NCBI GenBank assembly: GCA_048128005.1
Contig: JBEUKZ010000097.1
Span: 179,345-199,344, forward strand
Direction: 5' to 3'
Source of the DNA: Veleropilina oligotropha
Lineage: Eukaryota
DNA length: 20,000 nt
Shown: positions 11,342 to 20,000 of the stretch, piece by piece
How the letters are laid out: each line of letters starts with the position of its first letter
How positions within the stretch are numbered: position 1 is the stretch's first letter
Program-made: the position numbers and the translations under genes
The notes under the pieces: model-generated
Seen by the model: the letters and a program-made list of their open reading frames with translations, nothing else
Told to the model about the DNA's origin: nothing
Databases searched by the model: none

Positions 11342-14152
11342 ATTCTTATTATTATTCTTATTATTCTTTTGTGATTTTTTGTTCCTTACGTACCTCTGAA
11401 ACTACAAATGTGATGCATTTCAAAATTCAGAAGTAGACAGGTATAATATGGAACTCGTGTGAAACTGTAAATTTGACTGTCTAGGAATTGCGGTTTGGCC
11501 GCCATCTTGAATTTTCCAAAAAAATGACCTCTTTTACAAAAATCTTCTTCTCCGAAACCGCTAAACAGATCGAGGCACCGATCAGAATATATGATCTTGA
11601 CAATATGATTAAAAAAGTTTGCGCGGGACAAATTCATCGGACATAAAATGAGGCCGCCATCTTGGATTACGTCATAAACTAGCTTCTTTTCTAACTTTGT
11701 TAATATTTAACCTAGCGGGACATGATTTATATATTCGGATATCATAGACGTTGGTCTAAAATGTCATGTGAGTGGATTTTTGATTTTTGAAAAAAAAAGG
11801 CGCAAAAACAGGAAGTGCCTCGACGGCCATTAAAGCTTTTCTTTCAAGTGGCAATATATCAACAAGGATGCGCCGTGGACACATAGTTACTATGGGGAGC
11901 CTATGGGAAGTCATGGTTGGGCTTTCAAATGTGACCTTGACCTTTGACCTCAGTTGACCTACATTGCGAAAAATGACCTAATTAAGGAAAAATGCATACA
12001 TGCTTGCCCATAGTGGCTAAAATGAACTCCTATTGACGTGCGTAGTAGCTATTTACCAAATTTCCAAGATAAAATTAAAAAACAGGAAGTGCCTCGGCGG
12101 CCATTAAAGCATTTGTTAGAAATGGCAATATATCAACAAGGATGCACCGTGGACACATAGTTACTATGGGGACCCTATGGGAAGTCATGGTTGATCTTTC
12201 ACATGTGACCTTGACCTTTGACCTCAGTTGACCTACATTGCAGAAAATGACCTAATTAAGGAAAACGACATATTTTCGCCAGAAAATGGTCGGAAAATGG
12301 CCAAGTCGGTTAATATTGATGCTAGAGCTTACATATTTTGACATAGGATATTAAAAAAATTCGACAAAAAAAACAAAATGGCCGCCATATGATCCTTAAA
12401 AAGACCATACCTCGAGAACGACGTGTCGTACAGACCTGCAAATAGCGGCATTCGATTCAGAGTGTCTATATGTATAAATTTAAGGAGAATTTAAGTTGAA
12501 TTTTTTTTCAAATTTAAAAAAAAAATTAAAAAAAAAATTAAACATTATTATTAGCCTGAAGCCCTGTACAGCTGCTTGCAGCTTTAATTATTCTTATTCT
12601 TATTCTTATTATTATTTTGTGATTTTTTGTTCCTTACGTATCTCTGAAACCACAAATGTGATGCATTTCAAAATTCAGAAGTAGACAGGTATAATATGGA
12701 ACTCGTGTGAAACTGTAAAATTGACTGTCTAGGAAATGCGGTTTGGCCGCCATCTTGAATTTTCGAAAAAAATGACCTCTTTTACAAAAATCTTCTTCTC
12801 CGAAACCGCTAAACAGATCGAGGCACCGATCAGAATATATGATCTTGACAATATGATTAAAATAGTTTGCGCGGGACAAATTCATCGGACATAAACTGAG
12901 GCCGCCATCTTGGATTAAAACGCCGGCCATAGCGAAATCAATTTAAAATGGCTATATCTTGAAAATGATGCACCGTAGACCGATGGTTACTATGGGGTGC
13001 CTATGGGAAGTCATGGTTGGGCTTTCAAATTTGACCTTGACCTTTGACCTCAGTTGACCTACATTGCAGGAAATGACCTAATTAAGGAAAAATGCATATA
13101 TGTGGGCCTATAGTGCATGAAATTGACTCCTATTGACGTGTATAGTCAACATTTACCAAATTTACAAGATAAAATTGAAAAACAGGAAGTGCCTCGACGG
13201 CCATTAAAGCTTTTCTTTCAAATGGCAATATATCAACAAGGATGCGCCGTGGACACATAGTTACTATGGGGAGCCTATGGGAAGTCATGGTTGGGCGTTC
13301 AAATGTGACCTTGACCTTTGACCTCAGTTGACCTACATTGCGAAAAATGACCTAATTAAGGAAAAATGCATATATGCTTGCCCATAGTGGCTAAAATGAA
13401 CTCGTATTGACGTGCGTAGTCGCTATTTACCAAAATTCCAAGATAAAATTAAAAAACAGGAAGTGCCTCGGCGGCCATTAAAGCATTTGTTAGAAGTGGC
13501 AATATATCAACAAGGATGCACCGTGGACACATAGTTACTATGGGGACCCTATGGGAAGTCATGGTTGATCTTTCACATGTGACCTTGACCTTTGACCTCA
13601 GTTGACCTACATTGCAGAAAAACCTAATTAAGGAAAACGACATATTTTCGCCAGAAAATGGTCGGAAAATGGCCAAGTCGGTTAATATTGATGCTAGGGC
13701 TTACATATTTTAACATAGGATATTAAAAAAATTCGAAAAAAAAAAAAAAATGGCCGCCACATGATCCTTAAAAAGGCCATAGCTCGAGAACGACGTGTCG
13801 TACAGACCTGAAAATAGCGGCATTCGATTCAGAGTGTCCATATGTATAAATTAAGGAAATTTAAGGAGGAAATTTTTTGAAAATACATTATTTTTGTACA
13901 CAGAATTTTATAATTGCTATGGTTAGCGCGAAGCCCTGTACAGCTGCTTGCAGCTTTAATTATTATTAGGGCTTCAGCCTTTGAAAAAGGGCTGAAGGCC
14001 TGTTGTTTTTCAAGGAATTATTATTATTCTTATTATTATTAGGGCTCCAACAGCTTCAGCTGGAGCCCTATTGTTTTTGCTATTTTGTTTATTATTATTA
14101 TTATTCTTATTATTCCGGCTGAGTTTGTACCAGTGATAACTTCCAAACCGCT

Positions 14153-14451
14153 TAAATCAAAAACTCTAAAATTGGTAAACATGTAGCTATGGTACTGAAG
14201 TTGTTTCGCACTTAAGTTCTGCTATGCGGCGCCACTGGCTTAGCGGCAATTAAGGTTTTTTCTTTAAAAAAGCACCTTTTTATACCATCTTCTTCGGCCA
14301 AACGGCTGAAGTGAGGTACGCGATGTTCCTAAATAATGATCTTCACTATGTGAAGAAAAAAGTTTGCGATCGAAAATGTTATCGGAACAAAAGCAAGGCA
14401 GTTACGGCCATCTGAATCTCTCAATAATTTTGAAAAAATCACACTTTTTTA
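14153..14451 (+). repeat. 299-bp direct repeat, copy 1 (5' module of E10)
   Basis: Near-identical to 17127-17425, from TAAATCAAAAACTCTAAAA to AATCACACTTTTTTA. Confidence 0.92.
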
Positions 14452-15989
14452 CATCGGCTATAACTCTTATTCTGCTTTAACTATAGTCTTCAACCTTCGC
14501 TGAGTGGTAGACGCTTTCTGTAAGTTAATTTTGCTACAAAGAAGATATTTCTGCGTGATGTGGTTAAGCCGCCATCTTGGATTGTTTGAAAAACTTCAAA
14601 CGTCATTTTCCCTGCAGTCGTATGTCCGATCACAATGAAACTTCGTAGGTGGGAACGTTGTGTTATGTTCTTATAAATGTATAATAAACCAAAAAATATT
14701 AGTATGAAAATATTAAGAGCAAAAGTCATTTGAAATTTAAAATTTCAATTAGTCGTATCTTCCTTAATATTTAATTATTTGAAACGAAATAAAGTTCATT
14801 ATGAACACATCAAATTTATCTAACGCAATATATAAAAAAGCTATCACTTATTTAAGTTAATTTAAAGATATAGACATTTTTTGACATCATTTTGTAACTG
14901 CTATAACTTAGGTTGTACGGGGACCATCAAGTGGTAAATTTAACACTAGTGCCATCTTAGGGGAAATAATATATATGCATATTTTCGAATAGCTGTGACT
15001 GGTAATACTGCAAAAAGACAGTGTATTTTTTATGTAGTGACTATATCTGGCTGGCTTAAAGTAATTTATTACCCTGTGTCAACAAAGCCCCATGGTCTTG
15101 TATTGACATTATGGCCACCTAATTACTTTGTATCAATAAACTGTGGCCATGGCACTGCCTGCAGAGATATAAGAAATTAGTATGTCGTAAAAACTAGAGG
15201 TTTAGTTCTGCTCTAACTCCTAAATAACTTAGCTGTAACTAGGACTATGAACTTGAAATTTAAATACAATACGCATCACATTTCTGTGAATTCGTATGTT
15301 CAATTTCATAGCGCTATGACTGGTGGTTCAATATTAAAACAGTTTATTTTTTGCGTTCAGTCAGAAGAATTGAACTGCATTAATTGCTTTAATTGCTTGA
15401 ATGCAAGCAGTCAATAGTATCCAGCGACTCTAAATTAGTTTATGAGCTCTATGGCCGGCTTGTGGCCACCGCAGGCAGATAAATCAGCAATTAGCAGGTC
15501 GTAAACCTGGACAGAGAGAGATAGAAGTTATCTTAAAGTGCTCTCCAAACTACAATAGTTAATTTTGACCATTTTCGGACCGCTTTAGCTCAGAAATTGG
15601 CTCCTTACTGCGTTGCTGACACCAATAATTTTACCATATACTGTAAATGACTTTATTTTCGAGGGTATCAATTTTCGTGGTTTTGCTTAAAAAGACATTT
15701 TCGAGGGCTCCTAATTTCGTGGATTCCATATTTTGAAAATCAATAAAATATATATAATATATAGGCCTACTTCTGGCAATTTAGTACTGTGCTTGTCAAG
15801 TTACGACAAATTGAAAATGCAATTTGAGATGAAAGACAATACCGACACTGACGCTCCGAGTGTTTTTTTATAATCCTAAGCTTAATCTTAAAATCTGATT
15901 AGCACTCACTGAACGTGATTACGCCAGCTAATTCCATGAAAGATTACCAACTAACACATTTAACAAGAGGAAAGAAAAACAAAGTACCG

Positions 15990-16160
15990 CCAGCATTATG
16001 TAACGTTCACCTTGAAATGCGTGCTAAGATTACCCACTATTATATCGACAACAGTGTTGCGAAAGCCGCTCGGAAGTTTACGACAGACTTCGGTAAAAAA
16101 AGTCAGCGAATCATCAGTACGCAGTATGAGGGACCAATTCGTCAAATTAAAAAAACAGGT
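15990..16160 (+). pseudogene. Frameshifted N-terminal HTH DNA-binding fragment of pogo-like transposase
   Basis: EMRAKITHYYIDNSVAKAARKFTTDFGKK, then a +1 shift in an A-run gives VSESSVRSMRDQFVKLKK. This matches the pogo-type HTH pattern (RakI..ya...G...AarkF......v.EStVR). Confidence 0.7.
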
Positions 16161-16442
16161 AAACATAGTAACATACCGTTAGTAATATCGACTTTTGTTT
16201 TTATACAAAATGTACACCGCTCTTATAATTATTTCGGCAAATCAGTAACAGTGCTAAAGGAGAACATTATATGGATAAAAACATCGGTTATTTCCGCCGA
16301 TATCGGAAACGTACGAAGTGTAATGAGTAGAATAAAAAGTAGATTGATAGACGTTTACTATTATTAAACAGGTTTTTGACATTTATATTATAATAAGTTT
16401 TATTTTTGTTTATATGAGTTGACAATCTGACAAATCTTCCAA

Positions 16443-16590
16443 ACGCTCACCCAGAGGAGAACTTACTGACCCTACTAATAAAAGGATAACGGAATTATCC
16501 TTTTGTTCGTTCCGGCTTGTTGCCCCGACATAACAGCTTCAGCCGTTGGATTTAACGGTTAACAAAGAATACAAAGACATTTTGAGAGGG
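16443..16590 (+). pseudogene. Frameshifted DDE_1 catalytic-domain fragment of pogo-like transposase
   Basis: AHPEENLLTLL / KDNGIILLFVPACCPD / QLQPLDLTVNKEYKDILR across frameshifts. This is the vP..cT..LQPLD..VN..fK signature of pogo/Tigger/CENP-B DDE_1 domains. Confidence 0.85.
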
Positions 16591-17126
16591 TCTGGCGTCC
16601 ACACTGAAACCCATTCATGTCAACTGGATTATTTATGCTCACAAGGAAGTGACGCAACGCAGGCAATTGATTTCGAATGGATTTGCCAAAACTGGACTAA
16701 TTACCAATTAAATGGTGTTTTTATAACACCAACTTATCACAGTTACTGATACATGCAAGTATCAGAAGTATTTAATGTTCGCATATTTATCTGTAAATAT
16801 CTATAATTTTATCCCTTGATATATATATGTACAAAACTATGTATATAAGATAGCATTAACATAAAATTTAGTAGTATCTATTTCGTCTTGTTTTAAATGT
16901 TCACCATTTCCAAAATGGCCGCCAACGGATATCCAAGATTAAAACTGACTGGGCGACGCATATTTCGTTGGGACTTTAAATTCGTGGTTTAGCCTACCCA
17001 CGAAAACCACGAAAATTGGTACCCCACGAAAATTAATGATTCTACAGTATGCGGTCAAAGGGATCAGCTGCTCAGCAATATCAAACGTTTGCGTCGATTG
17101 TCAAATGCGTTCAACTGAAATTACCG

Positions 17127-17425
17127 TAAATCAAAAACTCTAAAAATGGTAAACATGTAGCTATGGTACTGAAGTTGAATCGCACTTAATTTCTGCTATG
17201 CGGCGCCACTGTCTTAGCGGCAATTAAGGTTTTTTCTTTAAAAAAGCACCTTTTTATACCATCTTCTTCGGCCAAACGGCTGAAGTGAGGTACGCGATGT
17301 TCCTAAATAATGATCTTCACTATGTGAAGAAAAAAGTTTGAAAGCGAAAATGTTATCGGAACAAAAGCAAGGCAGTTACGGCCATCTGAATCTCTCAATA
17401 ATTTTGAAAAAATCACACTTTTTTA
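17127..17425 (+). repeat. 299-bp direct repeat, copy 2
   Basis: Only a handful of substitutions relative to 14153-14451. Confidence 0.92.
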
Positions 17426-17783
17426 TTTCAGCGGTCACCATTATCCGATTTAAGTGAAATTTTCACTGAAACTATACTGTATTAAGATCATTTTAATTGG
17501 AAATTTTGGCATGCATATGATCAATATTTTGTATGTTTATAAGACATATTTTTATTCCTACTACAGTCTTAGGAAGGCGATTACAGCATTTATGATGTTA
17601 TCATGAATGAAGTTGTGGCATTTTATGATCTGGTCTTGCAGATGTCGTAAAGGCTGCCTGGTGTAGGCAGTTTATGATGCTGATTTATTGACTCTACACG
17701 CATGTACTCAGTCCCAGTGACCAGTTCTATATATTTATAATTATCATTATTTATTTTCTCTCCTTTTTCCCACCAGCTGACTT

Positions 17784-18160
17784 GGACGCCATTACTGAAA
17801 ATGTTTAAAGGGGCTATATCTTGTAAACGGTGCATCTTAGACATATAGTTACTATGGGGAGCTTATGGGAAGTCATGGGGAAACTTTCGAAAATGACCTT
17901 GACCTTTGACCTCAGTGACCTAATTAGCGAAAAATTGTCGAACTCGGAAAAACGCAGGGGATGGAATGCAATGGGTAGTGGGAACGTATTTGACATCGAA
18001 TTTCCAAGATGGCGGAAATCGGACGCCATTATGGAAATTGTTTCAAGGGGCTGTATCTTGTAAACGGTGCATCTTAGACATGTAGTTACAATGGGGAGCC
18101 TATGGGAAGTCATGGGTAAGCTTTCACAAATGACCATGACCTTTGACCTCAGATGACCCA
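17784..18160 (+). repeat. ~1.6 copies of a 237-bp internal unit of E10, related to the 274-bp A/B unit
   Basis: GGACGCCATTA at 17784 and 18021; both copies contain GTTAC.ATGGGGAGC.TATGGGAAGTCATGG and TGACC.TGACCTTTGACCTCAG. Confidence 0.85.
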
Positions 18161-18167
18161 GTTAGCT

Positions 18168-18609
18168 GTAATTGACCTAATTCCATGATTTTGGGGGTAG
18201 AAAGCTGAAATTTGGTTTGCAGGTAGATATGGTGTTTATTAAGCGCCTGTACATTTTCCCAGCTAGGTGGCGCCACTGGTTCGGCAGTAATTGACCTAAT
18301 TCCATGATTTTGGGGGTAGGAAGCTGAAATTTGGTTTGCAGGTAGATATGGTGTTTATTAAGCGCCTGTACATTTTTCAGCTAGGTGGCGCCACTGGTTT
18401 GGCAGTAATTGACCTAATTCGAAGATTTTTGGGGTAGAAAGCTGAAATTTGGTTTGCAGGTAGCTATGGTGTTTATTAAGCGCCTGTAAACTTTTCAGCG
18501 AAGTGGCGCCACTGGTTCGGCAGTAATTGACCTAATTCGATGATATGGCGGGTAGAAAGCTGAAATTTGGTGTGTGGGTAGATGCTGTGTTTGCGAGTGC
18601 CTGTAAACT
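18168..18609 (+). repeat. ~3.7 copies of a 118-119-bp tandem repeat at the 3' end of E10
   Basis: GTAATTGACCTAATTC recurs at 18168, 18287, 18405 and 18523. Confidence 0.93.
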
Positions 18610-20000
18610 GGTCCCTGAATTGGAGCCCTCACAGCTGCTTGCAGCTTTAATTCTTATTATTATTCTTATTCTTATTATTATTTTGTGATTTTTTGTTCCT
18701 TACGTATCTCTGAAACTACAAATGTGATGCATTTCAAAATTCAGAAGTAGACAGGTATAATATGGAACTCGTGTGAAACTGTAAAATTGACTGTCTAGGA
18801 ATTGCGGTTTGGCCGCCATCTTGAATTTTCCGAAAAAATGACGGCTTTTACAAAAATCTTCTTCTCCGAAACCGCTAAACAGATCGAGGCACCGATCAGA
18901 ATATATGATCTTGACAATATGATTAAAAAAGTTTGCGCGGGACAAATTCATCGGACATAAAATGAGGCCGCCATCTTGGATTACGTCATAAACTAGCTTA
19001 TTTGATAACTTTGTTAATATTTAACCTACCGGGACATGATTTATATATTCGGATATCATAGACGCTTGTCTTTCAAATTTGACCTTGACCTTTGACCTCA
19101 GTTGACCTACATTGCAGGAAATGACCTAATTAAGGAAAAATGCATATATGTGGGCCTATAGTGCATGAAATGAACTCCTATTGACGTGTGTAGTCAACAT
19201 TTACCAAATTTACAAGATAAAATTGAAAAACAGGAAGTGCCTCGACGGCCATTAAAGCTTTTCTTTCAAGTGGCAATATATCAACAAGGATGCGCCGTGG
19301 ACACATAGTTACTATGGGGAGCCTATGGGAAGTCATGGTTGGGCTTTCAAATGTGACCTTGACCTTTGACCTCAGTTGACCTACATTGCGAAAAATGACC
19401 TAATTAAGGAAAAATGCATATATGCTTGCCCATAGTGGCTAAAATGAACTCCTATTGACGTGCGTAGTCGCTATTTACCAAATTTCCAAGATAAAATTAA
19501 AAACAGGAAGTGCCTCGGCGGCCATTAAAGCATTTGTTAGAAGTGGCAATATATCAACAAGGATGCACCGTGGACACATAGTTACTATGGGGACCCTATG
19601 GGAAGTCATGGTTGATCTTTCACATGTGACCTTGACCTTTGACCTCAGTTGACCTACATTGCAGAAAATGACCTAATTAAGGAAAACGACATATTTTCGC
19701 CAGAAAAAGACGTTTGCCAGAAAATGGTCAGGAAATGGCAAACTCTGTTAATATTGATGCTAGAGCTTAGATATTTTAAATTAGGATAATAAAAAAATTC
19801 GAAAAAAAAAAAAAATGGCTACCACATTTTCCTTAAAAAGGCCAGAACTGGAGACCTACGTGGCGTACAGACCTGAAATTTGCGGCATTCGATTCAGTGT
19901 ATATATTAATGAAATTCTAAGGAAAAAAATTAAAATATTTAAAAATTAAATCTAAAAGTTAAAAAAAATAAAAATAAAAAAAAAATTGGCTGCAAGCGAT

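Larger units (their letters stand above)
8510..12589 (+). mobile_element. Split element E6 (subfamily A): left end 8510-8591, body and right end 11342-12589
   Basis: Same left-end type, body and right end (CTGAAGCCCT 12556-12565) as intact E5. Confidence 0.75.
7134..13961 (+). mobile_element. Split element E4: left end 7134-7186, body and right end 12590-13961
   Basis: Left AGGGCTTCG matches the right subTIR CGAAGCCCT (13929-13937). Consistent with last-in/first-out nesting around E5, E6, E7 and E8. Confidence 0.7.
15641..17047 (+). mobile_element. Decayed, internally deleted pogo-family (Tc1/mariner superfamily) DNA transposon inserted in E10
   Basis: TA target duplication (15639-15640; 17048-17049). 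~45-bp imperfect TIRs: CTGTAAATGACTTTATTTTCGAGGGTATCAATTTTCGTGGTTTT vs reverse complement CTGTAGAATCATTAATTTTCGTGGGGTACCAATTTTCGTGGTTTT. Subterminal TTTCGTGG repeats and transposase remnants inside. Confidence 0.88.
14041..18652 (+). mobile_element. Complete divergent element E10 (subfamily C, 4.6 kb including insertions)
   Basis: Left subTIR AGGGCTCCAA (14041) with hairpin arm TGGAGCCCT. Right TTGGAGCCCT (18620-18629) is the exact reverse complement. Same CAGCTGCTTGCAGCTTTAATT end; distant homology to the A 5' module (14288-14417) and to the internal unit (17812-17923). Confidence 0.85.
5513..20000 (+). mobile_element. Nested cluster of >=10 non-autonomous Helentron/HINE (DINE-1)-like elements, all in the same orientation
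   Basis: Left-end hairpins start at 5513, 5571, 7066, 7134, 7187, 8510, 8592, 8653, 13968 and 14041. Right ends (subTIR + AGCTGC-TT-GCAGCT palindrome + TTAATT) finish at 7065, 8509, 10066, 11341, 12589, 13961 and 18652. A (TTA/TTC)n microsatellite follows each left end, and there are internal tandem repeats. The structure is seen directly; the superfamily label is inferred from architecture only. Confidence 0.85.
13968..20000 (+). mobile_element. Split element E9: left end 13968-14040, body 18653->20000 (right end expected just past the window)
   Basis: A-type left hairpin. The microsatellite and A-type body resume at 18653, right after the right end of E10. The window ends in the A/T-rich pre-terminal tract. 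Confidence 0.75.

Noticed and set aside
7290..13961. Simple ~1.3-kb tandem satellite formed by unequal crossing-over
   Set aside because: Left ends are clustered rather than one per unit, bodies belong to different mosaic types, and end variants fit nesting. Some contribution of local duplication (L3/L4, E6/E7) cannot be excluded.
15915..16367. 150-aa ORF as an intact gene
   Set aside because: Only the central ~30 aa are transposase-like. Homology continues in another frame, so it is a pseudogene fragment.
14153..17425. 299-bp direct repeats as LTRs of a retroelement
   Set aside because: No TG...CA ends, PBS/PPT, TSD or gag/pol remnants; the repeat is homologous to the elements' 5' module.
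7310..18951. Six near-identical 82-98 aa minus-strand ORFs (MNLSRAN...) as a multicopy small gene
   Set aside because: They lie in the 5' module of recently duplicated non-autonomous elements and have no recognisable domain. Preservation is explained by copy identity, and the B and C homologous modules show no equivalent ORF.

Overview
AT-rich, repeat-only eukaryotic (probably invertebrate metazoan) DNA with no intact protein-coding gene. Positions 1-5512 hold a probable Harbinger-type MITE end, a duplicated DNA-transposon-like terminal segment, a 3-kb variant minisatellite, an old ~385-bp duplication and the 3' end of a CR1/L2-group LINE on the minus strand. From 5513 to the window end, the LINE is interrupted by a stack of at least 10 same-orientation non-autonomous elements with Helentron/HINE (DINE-1)-like architecture. 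Each has a left hairpin containing a subTIR, a (TTA)n microsatellite, internal tandem repeats, a right subTIR and an invariant 3' palindrome CAGCTGCTTGCAGCTTTAATT. Main observation: the 10 left ends and 7 right ends parse like nested parentheses. Each newcomer has inserted at TWATT within the microsatellite carried by an earlier copy, and subTIR variants largely match the last-in/first-out pairing. This predicts three more right ends, and then the rest of the LINE, just beyond the window. One divergent member (14041-18652) carries a 299-bp internal duplication, non-repetitive cargo and a decayed pogo-family transposon.
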